In this document: positions 49,389-60,051 of the stretch, piece after piece
Numbering within the stretch: position 1 is the first letter of the stretch
Layout of the letters: each line of letters opens with the position of its first letter
Assembly: GCA_965223005.1 (NCBI GenBank)
Contig: CBDCVK010000010.1
Location: 512,001-576,000, forward strand
Origin: Terriglobia bacterium
GTDB taxonomy: Bacteria; Acidobacteriota; Terriglobia; JAJPHL01; JAPKYU01
Reading direction: 5' to 3'
DNA length: 64,000 nucleotides
Position numbers and translations under genes: made by a program
The notes under the pieces: model-generated
Told to the model about the DNA's origin: nothing
What the model saw: the letters and a program-made list of their open reading frames with translations, nothing else
Database searches by the model: none

Positions 49389-50422
49389 ATGGCCAGCGGC
49401 GACTGCGCGCCGCCAGTGATGGGACAACCTTCGAGCTTTAAGATCACAAAGACGCTGCTGGTTGCCCGCTCTTGGCAGCGGCTACCGGCGGTTGTGCACG
49501 GCTTCAGCACGCGCCACAGCTCGCGCCGGGATTTCTTTGCTCGCGTGGCCTCAGACCGAAACCGAGAAAGAGCTACGGCCGGTTGAATTGCGCCAGATCC
49601 ACTCGGCGACGGTACGGACCATCGATGTTGTGCCGGAGTGCGCCTCCCGGTGGGCGACGCCCTGGCAGGAGAAGTTCTTCCCAATTCTTTGCTCGCGTGG
49701 CCTCAGGGGAGAAAGGCGCTCTGCTCCTGTTCGCCGTAGACCGGGAGCTACGGCCGGTTGAATTGCGCCAGATTCACTCGGCGACGGTACGGACCATCGA
49801 TGTTGTGCCGGAGCGCCTCCCGGTGGGCGACGCCCAGGTGGGAGACGCCATGGTCACTGCCACGGCCGGTCTGGCGCTGGCGGTGAAGACGGCGGACTGC
49901 CCTCCCATCCTGCTGCTGGATCCGGTGGCGAGAGCCGTGGGCATCGTGCATGCCGGCTGGCGCGGCACGGTGCGCCGCATCACCGAAAAAACTGTCGGCA
50001 CGATGCGCGCTCACTACCGCGCCGTCCCTTCGCGGATGCGCGCAGTCATCGGACCGGGAATCCGGGTCTGCTGCTATCAGGTGGGCGAGGAAGTGCTGGA
50101 GCAGTTCCGTTCTCAGTTCCCTTACGCTGAGGAACTGTTCTCGGGTCTGGAGCCGGAAAACCCCGCCGATACCCTGCTGCCACGGCAGATCATGAGAGAT
50201 CGCATCTCGATCATGCGCACACTCAACCCCGCCACCGCCTACCTTGACCTGGAGGAGGCCAACCGCAGGCAGTTGCTGGCGTCGGGGCTGAGGCCGAAGA
50301 ACATCGTCACCGGGGCGCCTTGCACCGCTTGTCGCACCGACCTTCTCTACTCTTACCGCCGTGAAGGGACTGCCGCCGGCCGGCTCTACGCTATGATCGC
50401 CCTCCGCCCGGGTAGGAAATAG
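49389..50422 (+). pseudogene. pgeF: Peptidoglycan editing factor PgeF/YfiH, frameshifted by an internal 152-bp duplication
   Basis: N-terminal HGFSTR is in one frame (stop at 49586). QIHS, TADC, HAGWRG, IGPGI and SYRR are in another. Removing 49533-49684 joins them in frame. Confidence 0.75.
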
Positions 50423-50454
50423 TCGCTCGGTCCCGCGTGCTATACTCGCGGCCG

Positions 50455-51756
50455 ATGGCGCTGCGCGGTGACATTGTGCCGCGGCTGGGTGAGTTGGTTG
50501 GTCCGGAACACGTGGCTGGTGACACCGTTTTCCCCGGCACCGCTGAGGAAGTCGCCGCCGTGCTCTCGCTGGCCAACACCGAGCACCTCCGCGTCATCCC
50601 GGCGGGAGGCTCCTCGCAGCAGGAGCTGGGCGCAGCGCTCACCGGCACCGACCTGACCGTGTGCCTGCGGCGCCTGAACCACCTCAAGCAGTACGAACCG
50701 GCGGACCTGACCGCCAGCATGGAAGCAGGTCTGACGGTGGCTGAGCTTTCCGCCGCTCTGGCCCCGCACCGGCAGTGGCTCCCGCTGGGGGTCACCCGCC
50801 CCGAACGTGCCACCATCGGTGGCGCGCTCGCGACCAACTCCAGCGGCCCATTCCGCCTCTTCTACGGCACCGCGCGCGACATGGTGATCGGGATGCACTT
50901 CGCCACCGTCGAAGGGAAGCTGGTGAAGAGCGGCGGCATGGTGGTGAAAAACGTCGCGGGCTACGACATGGCCAAGCTCATGATCGGTTCGCTGGGGACG
51001 CTGGCCGTCATCACTGACGTGACTCTTAAGCTGTTCCCACGCCCCGCTACCGAAACCAGCGTGCTGGTGTTCGGCTCGCTGGCCCATGCGCTGGAGGCGC
51101 GAGGCGCGATCCTGAGGTCGGTGTTCTCGCCACTGGCCCTGGACCTGCTGGACAGCGCAGCCGCCTCGCTGGTGAGCCAAGCCGCTGGCCGGCAGTTACC
51201 GCGCGGCAAGTTTCTGCTGGCGGTGGCCTACGGCGGCGTAGAACGCGTGATCGAGCGCAGCCGCCGCGAGGTAGCCGCACTGGGCCGGGACGCCGGCGCC
51301 ATCGACTCCGACACCCTGGCCGGCGAGCAGGAGTATCACCTGTGGCAGGCCGTTTGCGACCTGCCGGCGACCTTCTCTGCCGCCCATCCACACAGCGCCC
51401 GCCTTAAGCTCTCCTCGACACTGGTAGGGATGCAACCCCTGCTGGAGACCGCCTTAGGCGACCTGCGCCGGCAAGGGGCGGAAACGGCGCTGGTCGCGCG
51501 CGCAGGTTCCGGCGTATCCTACCTGTACGTCTTTGGCTTGTCCGTCAGTGGGACGGACCTGCTCGGGTTTTGCCGAAACACTCAGCAGGTGGCTCTCTCG
51601 CTCGGTGCGCACGTCGTGATTGAATTTGGCCCCCCGCCGATTCAGGCCCAACTGGACGTTTGGGGTCCCCCTCGGGACGACTACGTCATCATGCAGAAAC
51701 TCAAACAGGCCTTCGACCCCAACGGCATCCTCAACCCAGGCCGGTTTGTATGCTGA
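50455..51756 (+). CDS. glcE: FAD-binding oxidoreductase, glycolate oxidase GlcE-like
   Basis: ATIGG, GGMVVKNVAGYD, GSLGTL, FDPNGILNPG. Confidence 0.85.
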   Translation: MALRGDIVPRLGELVGPEHVAGDTVFPGTAEEVAAVLSLANTEHLRVIPAGGSSQQELGAALTGTDLTVCLRRLNHLKQYEPADLTASMEAGLTVAELSAALAPHRQWLPLGVTRPERATIGGALATNSSGPFRLFYGTARDMVIGMHFATVEGKLVKSGGMVVKNVAGYDMAKLMIGSLGTLAVITDVTLKLFPRPATETSVLVFGSLAHALEARGAILRSVFSPLALDLLDSAAASLVSQAAGRQLPRGKFLLAVAYGGVERVIERSRREVAALGRDAGAIDSDTLAGEQEYHLWQAVCDLPATFSAAHPHSARLKLSSTLVGMQPLLETALGDLRRQGAETALVARAGSGVSYLYVFGLSVSGTDLLGFCRNTQQVALSLGAHVVIEFGPPPIQAQLDVWGPPRDDYVIMQKLKQAFDPNGILNPGRFVC

Positions 51757-53132
51757 CCCCTGCAGAGGAAACCACGGTCGGCATCTCTGGCGGCACCTCT
51801 GGCTTCCGGGGTCCCGATCGGCCGCTGTGGGAGGACTACTCCAAATGCATTCATTGCGGGCTGTGCCTGAACCATTGCCCCACCTACCGCGAGCTGGGTG
51901 TGGAAATGGATTCGCCGCGCGGCCGCATCTACCAGATGATCCAGGTGGACCAAGGGCGCCTGCCGCTGGGCGACAACTTCGTAAAGCACATTGACCTGTG
52001 CCTGGATTGTCGCGCCTGCGAAACGGCCTGCCCTTCCGGTGTGCAGTACGGAAGGCTGGTTGAGGCGGCCCGGGCGCAGATCGAACAACGCTACCAGCGG
52101 CCGCTGCTCCAGCGCGCTGTGCGACGTTTCGTCTTCCGGCACCTGCTGAACAGCCCGGCTCTGCTGCAACTGGCTGGCTGGGGCTTGTGGTTCTACCAGG
52201 CTTCCGGCCTACAGAAGATGGTGCGGCGCGCCGACCTGCTGGAACACCTTGGGTTGGCCAGCATCGAGGAATTGTCGCCCCCCGCCGAGCCGCCCTTCTT
52301 TTTCCGCCAGCTCGGCAGGACGTACCCGGCGCAAGGACGGCGTCGCTACCGGGTGGCTCTGTTCGCCGGCTGCATCGCCAACGTCAGCTTCGCCCGGCTG
52401 AACGAAGCCACGGTGCGGGTGCTCACCGCCAACGGGTGCGAGGTCGTCATTCCTCGCGAACAGCTCTGCTGTGGTGCCCTGCACGTCCACGCTGGAGTGC
52501 GCGACGAGGCCCAGCGACTGGCCCGGCGAAACATTAAAGCCTTCCTCGCCGAGCCGTTTGACGCGTTGCTTACCAATGCCGCCGGATGCGGCTCGACGCT
52601 GAAGGAGTACCACGAGCTGCTGGCCGGCGATGAGGAATACGGCGAACGCGCCGCAATTTTTGCGGAGAAGGCGAAGGACGTGACCGAGTTCCTGGCCGAA
52701 GCCGGCTTGGTGCAACCACTGGGAGAAGTGGCTGTACGAGTCACCTACCAGGACCCCTGCCACCTGATGCACGGGCAGCGCGTCCGCTCGGCGCCCCGCG
52801 ACCTGATCCGGCGCGTGCCCGGTCTGGAGTTCCGCGAACTGCCCCTGGCTGAGATTTGCTGCGGCAGCGCCGGCATCTACAATATCGCGCACAACGACCT
52901 GTCCATGGAGCTGCTAGAGAAAAAAATCCAGGCCGTCAACGCCACCGGGGCCGGGCTGGTGCTGACGGCCAACCCGGGCTGCCTGCTGCAGCTTCGCGCT
53001 GGTGTCGCCCGCTGGGGCCACGGCCAGCGCGTGGGGCACGTGGTGGAATTGCTGGATCAGGCGGCTGGCGCTGCCGCAGGGCGGCTGGCAGTCCGCGAGC
53101 GTGTCCCGGCAGCCGGGTCCGGATGGAAATAA
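51750..53132 (+). CDS. glcF: Glycolate oxidase Fe-S subunit
   Basis: CIHCGLCLNHCP, CLDCRACETACP, two CCG domains. ATG 51750 overlaps the end of glcE. Confidence 0.9.
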   Translation: MLTPAEETTVGISGGTSGFRGPDRPLWEDYSKCIHCGLCLNHCPTYRELGVEMDSPRGRIYQMIQVDQGRLPLGDNFVKHIDLCLDCRACETACPSGVQYGRLVEAARAQIEQRYQRPLLQRAVRRFVFRHLLNSPALLQLAGWGLWFYQASGLQKMVRRADLLEHLGLASIEELSPPAEPPFFFRQLGRTYPAQGRRRYRVALFAGCIANVSFARLNEATVRVLTANGCEVVIPREQLCCGALHVHAGVRDEAQRLARRNIKAFLAEPFDALLTNAAGCGSTLKEYHELLAGDEEYGERAAIFAEKAKDVTEFLAEAGLVQPLGEVAVRVTYQDPCHLMHGQRVRSAPRDLIRRVPGLEFRELPLAEICCGSAGIYNIAHNDLSMELLEKKIQAVNATGAGLVLTANPGCLLQLRAGVARWGHGQRVGHVVELLDQAAGAAAGRLAVRERVPAAGSGWK

Positions 53133-53134
53133 AG

Positions 53135-53383
53135 ATGAAAGCCAAAGTCTTCGTCACACTCAAGAGTACGGTACTCGATCCCCAGGGTCAGACCATCCTG
53201 GGGGCGCTTCGTGAGCTCGGGTTTTCCGAGGTCGCCGACGTGCGTCAGGGAAAGTATTTTGAAATTGCGCTTTCTGACGGCCTCAGCGAGGACCAAGCCC
53301 GTGAGCAGATCGAACGCATCGCGCGCGACGTGCTGACCAATCCCGTGATCGAACAGTTCTCCTACCAGCTGAACACAGGCTAG
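53135..53383 (+). CDS. purS: Phosphoribosylformylglycinamidine synthase subunit PurS
   Basis: VTLKSTVLDPQG, VRQGKYFE, LTNPVIE. Confidence 0.95.
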   Translation: MKAKVFVTLKSTVLDPQGQTILGALRELGFSEVADVRQGKYFEIALSDGLSEDQAREQIERIARDVLTNPVIEQFSYQLNTG

Positions 53384-53634
53384 CTGGTCTGCGAAGACAC
53401 CTCCGGGCTGCGAGGGAACGGTTCTTCAGCCGGTCAGGGCACTGGAGCCGACGCGCTCCCAGGGTGCAATTTCGCTATTCCAGGGATTAAATCTTGTTAT
53501 AAGAGGCGGGGGGACGGAAGGCGCCCTTTGTCTTGTATAATGAGGGATTGGCCGGGATGAAAACACCCCGGCTGCCAGCAATCCTCCTAGCCGGACGATT
53601 TAGGAAGGCTCAGGAATTTGGAGAGTTTGGAAAC

Positions 53635-55485
53635 ATGTGTGGGATTGTGGGGTACGTGGGCAAGAAGCCGGCGCTGCCCGTCATCATCGAAGGACTGAAG
53701 CGGTTGGAGTACCGCGGCTATGACTCGGCAGGCGTAGCTGTTGTCAACCACAACGGCATGCAGATGCGCCGTGCGCAGGGCAAGCTGCGGAACTTGGAGG
53801 AAGCCCTCCGGCTGAATCCGATCCACGGCAGCTACGGCATTGGACATACCCGCTGGGCCACACACGGCCGGCCCAGCGAAATCAACTCCCACCCGCATCG
53901 CGACTGCACTGGCGACATCGTTGTGGTGCACAACGGCATTATCGAAAACTACCTGGCTTTGAAAAAGCAACTGAGCGCCGAAGGCCACGTCTTTGCCAGC
54001 GAAACCGACACCGAGATTGCAGCCCACCTGATCGAGAAGTACCTGAAAGGGAACCTGGAGGAAGCGGTGGGCCGCGCCGTACAGGACATTCACGGTGTCT
54101 TTGCCCTGGGGGTGATTTCCACCCGCGACCCCGAGAAAATCGTGGCCGCGCGCCTGGGACCTCCCGCGGTCGTAGGGTTGGGCAAGAATGAGTACTTCGT
54201 GGCCTCCGACATCCCGGCTATCCTCCACCACACACGCGATGTGTTCTTTCTCGCTGACGGCGACCTAGCCGTGATCAGCCCCAACGGCGTGAAGCTGACC
54301 GACTTTCAGGGAAACCCGATTCACCGCGAACTGCACCATATCACCTGGGACCCAATCATGGCTGAGAAGGCCGGCTACCCGCACTTCATGCTGAAGGAAA
54401 TCTTCGAGCAGCCCCGGGGCGTGCGCGACACCGTTCTGGGCCGAGTCAGCCCCGACAAGACTCGTGTGGTTCTGGAGGAAATGCAGATTACCGAGGAGCA
54501 GTTCCGGAACTTCACTGAGATGAAAATTATTGCCTGCGGGACCAGCCTGCACGCCGGCATGACTGGCAAATACATCATCGAGAAGCTGGCTCGCCTGCCG
54601 GTTGAAGTGGATTACGGCAGTGAGTTCCGCTATCGAACTCCGATCATGGGCCCGCACACGCTGACGGTGCCGATCTCCCAGTCCGGCGAGACGGCCGACA
54701 CGCTGGCGGCCCAGCGCGAAGCCAAGGCCAAGGGATCACCCACGCTGGCCATTGCCAATGTGGTCGGTAGCATGGTGACCCGTGAAGCGGCCGGCACCAT
54801 CTATACGCACGCCGGACCGGAAATTGGCGTGGCTTCCACCAAGGCCTTCACCTCGCAACTGACCGCCCTCTACTTGCTCGCCGTGCACCTGGCGACTCTC
54901 CGCGGAACCATCAGCGACGAGCAAGCTCGCTGCTACCTGCAGGAGCTGATGCTGATTCCCGACAAGCTGGAATGGGTGCTGAAGAACGACGACCTGTATC
55001 AGGATCTGTCGCGCCGCTTCTACCGCGCCACAGACTTTCTGTTCCTCGGCCGCAGCATCCATTTTCCGATTGCCCTGGAGGGCGCGCTGAAGCTGAAGGA
55101 AATCTCCTATATCCATGCCGAAGGTTACCCGGCCGGCGAGATGAAGCACGGGCCCAACGCCCTGATTGACGAGAGTCTGCCTGTGGTGGTGCTGAACACT
55201 CGCGAGGACGGGAATCCGGAAAGCGAGCTGCGCTACGAGAAGACGCTTTCCAACATCAAGGAAGTAAAGGCGCGCGATGGCATTGTGATTGCCGTTGTGA
55301 CCGAAGGCGACACGGAGGCCCAGGAGGGCGCGGACCATCTGATTCCGATTCCGCGCTCGGCCGATCTATTCTCGCCGCTGCTGGCAATCGTACCGCTGCA
55401 ATTGCTGGCTTACCACATTGCCGTGCGCCGCGGCTGCGACGTGGACCAGCCCCGCAACCTGGCCAAGTCGGTAACCGTGGAATAG
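53635..55485 (+). CDS. glmS: Glutamine--fructose-6-phosphate aminotransferase
   Basis: MCGIVG start, [38 protein letters not shown]. Confidence 0.98.
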   Translation: MCGIVGYVGKKPALPVIIEGLKRLEYRGYDSAGVAVVNHNGMQMRRAQGKLRNLEEALRLNPIHGSYGIGHTRWATHGRPSEINSHPHRDCTGDIVVVHNGIIENYLALKKQLSAEGHVFASETDTEIAAHLIEKYLKGNLEEAVGRAVQDIHGVFALGVISTRDPEKIVAARLGPPAVVGLGKNEYFVASDIPAILHHTRDVFFLADGDLAVISPNGVKLTDFQGNPIHRELHHITWDPIMAEKAGYPHFMLKEIFEQPRGVRDTVLGRVSPDKTRVVLEEMQITEEQFRNFTEMKIIACGTSLHAGMTGKYIIEKLARLPVEVDYGSEFRYRTPIMGPHTLTVPISQSGETADTLAAQREAKAKGSPTLAIANVVGSMVTREAAGTIYTHAGPEIGVASTKAFTSQLTALYLLAVHLATLRGTISDEQARCYLQELMLIPDKLEWVLKNDDLYQDLSRRFYRATDFLFLGRSIHFPIALEGALKLKEISYIHAEGYPAGEMKHGPNALIDESLPVVVLNTREDGNPESELRYEKTLSNIKEVKARDGIVIAVVTEGDTEAQEGADHLIPIPRSADLFSPLLAIVPLQLLAYHIAVRRGCDVDQPRNLAKSVTVE

Positions 55486-55625
55486 ACGGGCGCAACTTCC
55501 GAGGCGGGGACCAACTGGCGACGCCTCTTCAAACGAACCCACCTGGGAAATCTAGAGTTGCATGACAGCCACCAGGCTGCTAGCTTCTGGCCAGACCCAA
55601 TCACGGATTCAACATCCCTACGGAT

Positions 55626-56825
55626 TCAACCCTGCGAAGCCCGGTCTCCTGCGTCTCTCCTGATTTCGAGCGCAAAGGGAAGCAGGATGCAGAACAGCCA
55701 ACTGAACTGTCCACCGCCGAAGAACACCAGATAAAGCTGTGCGAGAGGCAGCAGCACGACCAGCGCCACAGCCGCAAGCCTGGACTTGTCTTGACGGTGC
55801 CTTACAGAGCAGCGGCTGAACAACAGGACGGCGGGCAGTACCAACAGGCTGAGGTCATGGATAAGCGCGTGGTAGCTAACCAGCACGGTGATCACCAGGC
55901 TTGAGGCAAACTGTAAGTCGAGTGTCCGCTCCGGCCTCGCCCAAGTGCTCGTGTCCCACTTTTTCATCGACCAGAACAGAAGGGCCGCGGACCCGATCAA
56001 GACGACCAGTTGCAGATAAGAAGCCGGAAGCCATGCGGCGAACAACGTGTGGGCGAAGCCGCGAAGGTTAGGCATCGTTGCCGGTAAGATGTGGAAGCTT
56101 TGACTTCCTGCTACCGACCTCATTTCCCAGAGCAGGCGCGGGTAGCTGAGCAACCCGTGCCAGCCCATGAGCAGCCAGGAGACCAGCGCGAGCCATGCGC
56201 CAACGACGGCAAACCCCCAAAAGACTCTGGCTTTCTTTCTTGCGCACAATGCGATCAGGAAGGGCAGGACCAGCTGGAACCTGAAAAGACCGGCGGCTAG
56301 GAAACACCCTGCCGCAAACTGCCGGTTGCTTTTCAGACTGAGATACACCAGCGTGTAGACCAGCAACAGCAAGATGGAGTCCTGCCCCTGAAGGAGCGCA
56401 GCCAGCAAAGGCAAAATCGAGATCGCGACCACGAGAAGCCGATCCCCGGTGCCGAAATGGATTGCGTGAGGTTCCAGCAAAAAGGCCACCAGACCCAGAA
56501 CGTACAAGTTGGCAAGGACCCACAGCAGATAGGCCGTCGAGTAGGAGAAATAGGTGAACGGGACGAAGAGGACGGCCTCAAACGGCGGATGGTTGAAATG
56601 GAGGGAGTCGCGGTGAACGGTGTACTCCCGCTGAACTCTTGCTTGCGTCTCGTAGTCGTAGAGATCGCTTGCTGAACCTTGCCGGACAATCTTGCCGGCG
56701 GCGTACAAGTGACTAAAGTCGGCGGAGATGTCGCTCCTAGACGTCTTCAGTGGCCAGAGGAGCAAGAGGAACAGAACGGAGGGTGCAACCAAGACAAAGA
56801 AGACGAACTTCGCTCTTTGGCTCAT
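55626..56825 (-). CDS. Glycosyltransferase family 87 (DUF2029) membrane protein
   Basis: DFSHLY, FNHPPF, QGQDS, many TM helices. Start ATG 56825. Confidence 0.8.
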   Translation of the reverse strand: MSQRAKFVFFVLVAPSVLFLLLLWPLKTSRSDISADFSHLYAAGKIVRQGSASDLYDYETQARVQREYTVHRDSLHFNHPPFEAVLFVPFTYFSYSTAYLLWVLANLYVLGLVAFLLEPHAIHFGTGDRLLVVAISILPLLAALLQGQDSILLLLVYTLVYLSLKSNRQFAAGCFLAAGLFRFQLVLPFLIALCARKKARVFWGFAVVGAWLALVSWLLMGWHGLLSYPRLLWEMRSVAGSQSFHILPATMPNLRGFAHTLFAAWLPASYLQLVVLIGSAALLFWSMKKWDTSTWARPERTLDLQFASSLVITVLVSYHALIHDLSLLVLPAVLLFSRCSVRHRQDKSRLAAVALVVLLPLAQLYLVFFGGGQFSWLFCILLPFALEIRRDAGDRASQG

Positions 56826-56910
56826 GAAGTCTCTGCTGATTTGCAACTCACTATCGAGAGGCGGAGACAAGTCGCCACGTTTAGGCGGTTCCTGACTCGA
56901 CGGTTCCTCA

Positions 56911-57843
56911 TCAGAACTCGGAGGCGTGGTCCAGCCCTCGAACCAAGCCAATCCGCTTCACAGCCGTCACCACGAAAATGTACATGCAGAAATATTCCAC
57001 CGCAAACGGAGGAAACCCAAAATAACCAACCACTGGCATTTCAAAGATTTTTACGCTGGGCAAAATGGGAAAAACATAGATCCACTTTGCCGGCGCCCAG
57101 TAATTCCAGAATTCCCAAAAAACTCCGCACACTGCGCCGGAGACCAGCAGCGCGTAGAGCCGTCCCCGCTGGCCCTGCGCCAGCTCGTTCCCCAGCGAGG
57201 TGGCGCCTAGCCGGGCATTCAGCGGGTCGAGCAGGAAAAAGAAAGCCAGCCAAACCAGGCCGAACAGATACGCAGCAGCAGCGCGCGGCACCACCAGCGG
57301 GATCAGCAGCATCACCGCGCCGATCCCAGGGAACAGCCGGCGGAGGCTAGGGGGAACAGCCAGCGGCGCGTAGGTCTTCTGCCACAAGCCGGCGGCGCGC
57401 AACAGAAAGGCCGTCTCCAACATCGCCGGCCAGATGGTGGAGAAAGCCCAGGCGTAGCCGAAATAGCGCACCGCCAGGTTGAGCGGCAGGTAGGGATAGA
57501 CCCAGTTGTGCAGCCGCAGGTTGTAGGCCTCAAAGATGAGCCAGAAGGGGGCCGACACGATGACGGCGGCCAGGAACTCACGTCCCCGTCCATGGAGCAG
57601 CGATTCCCCGCGCAGTGAGTAAACCGCCGCGTCCACGGCCGCGATGTAGCCGGTCCAGGCAATGGGCGTGAAGAAGGTGGCTACCGGCTCGGTTCCCTGG
57701 AACATCAGCGCCTCGCCCAGCCCAATCACCGCGAGGCCCAGGTAGCCATAGCGTGGGTAGGGACGCAGGTGAGGGCGGCTCAGATACAGCCACACCAACC
57801 ATCCGGCCGTCAGCACCCACAGCGCGATGCCCACTGCCGTCAT
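56911..57843 (-). CDS. Multi-pass membrane hypothetical protein
   Basis: About 9 TM helices with conserved-looking WLIFEAYNLRLHNWVY and WEFWNYWAPAKWIY...FEMP..GYFGFPPFA motifs. Confidence 0.75.
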   Translation of the reverse strand: MTAVGIALWVLTAGWLVWLYLSRPHLRPYPRYGYLGLAVIGLGEALMFQGTEPVATFFTPIAWTGYIAAVDAAVYSLRGESLLHGRGREFLAAVIVSAPFWLIFEAYNLRLHNWVYPYLPLNLAVRYFGYAWAFSTIWPAMLETAFLLRAAGLWQKTYAPLAVPPSLRRLFPGIGAVMLLIPLVVPRAAAAYLFGLVWLAFFFLLDPLNARLGATSLGNELAQGQRGRLYALLVSGAVCGVFWEFWNYWAPAKWIYVFPILPSVKIFEMPVVGYFGFPPFAVEYFCMYIFVVTAVKRIGLVRGLDHASEF

Positions 57844-57927
57844 GCAGCTGCGACTTTACCACGTCAGCGACGGACAAGAACGCCTCTGCCGGCGTGTGGC
57901 CATCATGTAGTAAGCTTCGTCCGGCGC

Positions 57928-58680
57928 ATGAGCGACGTGGCCTCACGAGTTGTGGAAGCACCGGCACTGGTGGCGATTTCCGCTGACTGGTTCCTCATGG
58001 GTAGCCCAGAGGGACACGGCCGTGCCGAGGAACGGCCCGCGCACCGCGTCTGGGTGGACAGTTTTGAAATGGCCCGCTGCCAGGTCACCAACCGCGAGTA
58101 TGTGCGCTTCCTCGAGGCCACCGGACGTCGGCCGCCGCCGTTCTGGAATCAGCCTGAATTTTCCGCGCCAGATCAGCCTGTGGTCGGCACAAGCTGGTTC
58201 GACACCATGGCCTACTGTAACTGGCTGAGCCTGGAAACCGGCGAGTCCTACCGCCTGCCCACGGAAGCCGAATGGGAACGAGCGGCTCGGGGCGGCGCCG
58301 AAGGCTGCTTCTATCCCTGGGGCGACACCGATCCAGCCGGGCGGCCTGCCTACGCGCAGCGCTGGAAGCAGGGGCCCGAACCGGCGGCTACCGCACCGCC
58401 GAATGCCTACGGGCTGTTTGACATGTGCGAAAACGTGCACGAATGGTGCTTGGACTGGTACAATCCCGGTTTCTACGCCACTTCACCGGAACGTAACCCG
58501 GCGTGCGCCCAGCGGGTCACTTCCCCAGCTCGCCGCGCATCGCGTGGCGGTTCGTGGCGCCACCACATTAAGATTTCGCGTTGTGCGGCGCGCAGCAGCA
58601 TTCCTCCGGAGTTTCACTACGCCGACTACGGCTTCCGCGTCGTCCGCAGTGAACTTCGTTTTCCAGCACTCGCGGTTTAG
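57928..58680 (+). CDS. Formylglycine-generating enzyme (FGE-sulfatase/SUMF1) family protein
   Basis: FLMGS, VTNREY, RLPTEAEWERAARGG, NAYGLFDM..NVHEW, RGGSW, GFRVV. Confidence 0.9.
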   Translation: MSDVASRVVEAPALVAISADWFLMGSPEGHGRAEERPAHRVWVDSFEMARCQVTNREYVRFLEATGRRPPPFWNQPEFSAPDQPVVGTSWFDTMAYCNWLSLETGESYRLPTEAEWERAARGGAEGCFYPWGDTDPAGRPAYAQRWKQGPEPAATAPPNAYGLFDMCENVHEWCLDWYNPGFYATSPERNPACAQRVTSPARRASRGGSWRHHIKISRCAARSSIPPEFHYADYGFRVVRSELRFPALAV

Positions 58681-58721
58681 CGCCACGTAGTGCGAAGGCT
58701 GGCGCTACAATAAAGGCTCTC

Positions 58722-59996
58722 ATGGTCTCTGCGAATGGCAATCGTCTGCGGCGCGTGGTGGTAACGGGCATCGGTGCCGTCAGCCCAAACGGAGTGGGCC
58801 GTGAGGCCTTCTGGCAGGCGACCTGCGAAGGACGCAGTGGCATTCGCCGCATCTCGCTGTTTGACCCTTCGTCGCTGGCCGTGCACATTGCCGGGGAAAT
58901 CCCCGACTTCGAGCCGGACCGCTATGTTACTCCCAAGGAACGCCAGCACGTATCACGCGCGGTGCCCGTGGCGCTGGCGGCCTCCGAGGAAGCGCTGGCC
59001 GACGCCGGCCTCGATCCGCACGCAATGGACCTGGAGGCCAAGCGCAACGTAGCGGTGGTGCTGGGCTCGGGCGGCGGCAGCCAGGAGTTCACCGAGGAGC
59101 AGTACCGGCTCTACTACGCCGGCGAGATCAAGAAGGTCAGCGTCTATACGATTCCCTCCTCCACCATCGGCACCCTGTCCAGCGAAATCTCCATGCGCTT
59201 TGGCTTCCGGGGCTTCAGCCACCTGGTCTCCACCGGCTGCACATCCTCGACCGACGCGCTGGGCTACGCGTTCCGCAACATCCAAACGGGAGTGATCGAT
59301 ACGGTGCTGGCCGGAGGCGTGGACGCCCCCATCGCCTACCTGATCGTCCGAGGCTTCCAACTGATGCGGATCCTGACCACCAGTTGGAACCACTCCCCGG
59401 AACGCGGCTCCCGGCCGTTTTCCGCCGACCGCGATGGGTTCGTGCTCGCCGAAGGCGGCTGGATGCTAGTGCTGGAGGAGCGTGAACGGGCCCTGCGCCG
59501 CGGCGCGCCGGTCTATGGCGAAATCGTCGGCTACGGCTCTTCCTGCGAAGCTTACCACCGGGTGCGTCTGGAAGAGTGCGGCGAAGAACCGGCACGCGCC
59601 ATGCACCTGGCCCTGGAAGAAGCCGGCCTGCGCCCCGAGCAGATTTCCTATGCGAACCTGCATGGCACCTCCACCGTGTTGAACGACCGTGTGGAAACGC
59701 GCGCGCTGAAGCTTTGCTTTCAGAGCCACGCCCCGCGCCTGGCGACTTCCGCGTTGAAATCCATGATTGGTCACCCACAGGGAGCCTGCGGAGCCGCCGG
59801 AGTGGCGGCCACGCTGCTGGCGATGCGAGACAGCCTGGTGCCTCCCACCATCAACCTGGATCAGCCGGACCCGGAATGTGACCTCGATTACTCGCCCCAG
59901 CCTGGACGCCGGATGGAAATTCCCTACGCCCTGTGCAACTGCATCGGCTTTGGCAGCAAGAATTCCGCGCTCGTGCTGAAAAACCCCAATGAGTGA
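58722..59996 (+). CDS. Beta-ketoacyl synthase (FabF / type II PKS KS-alpha-like)
   Basis: RVVVTGIG, VSTGCTSS (Cys), HGTST, KSMIGH give a Cys-His-His triad. Confidence 0.9.
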   Translation: MVSANGNRLRRVVVTGIGAVSPNGVGREAFWQATCEGRSGIRRISLFDPSSLAVHIAGEIPDFEPDRYVTPKERQHVSRAVPVALAASEEALADAGLDPHAMDLEAKRNVAVVLGSGGGSQEFTEEQYRLYYAGEIKKVSVYTIPSSTIGTLSSEISMRFGFRGFSHLVSTGCTSSTDALGYAFRNIQTGVIDTVLAGGVDAPIAYLIVRGFQLMRILTTSWNHSPERGSRPFSADRDGFVLAEGGWMLVLEERERALRRGAPVYGEIVGYGSSCEAYHRVRLEECGEEPARAMHLALEEAGLRPEQISYANLHGTSTVLNDRVETRALKLCFQSHAPRLATSALKSMIGHPQGACGAAGVAATLLAMRDSLVPPTINLDQPDPECDLDYSPQPGRRMEIPYALCNCIGFGSKNSALVLKNPNE

Positions 59997-60051
59997 AGAA
60001 TGGGAGTACAGGCTTTCCTTCTTCACTCTTCACTTATAACTTTTGATTGCT

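Noticed and set aside
53400-53634. glmS ribozyme upstream of glmS
   Set aside because: There is a TATAAT (53536-53541) and a GCCGGG/CCCGGC hairpin, but the ribozyme core (AGCGCC...GACGAGG) is absent.
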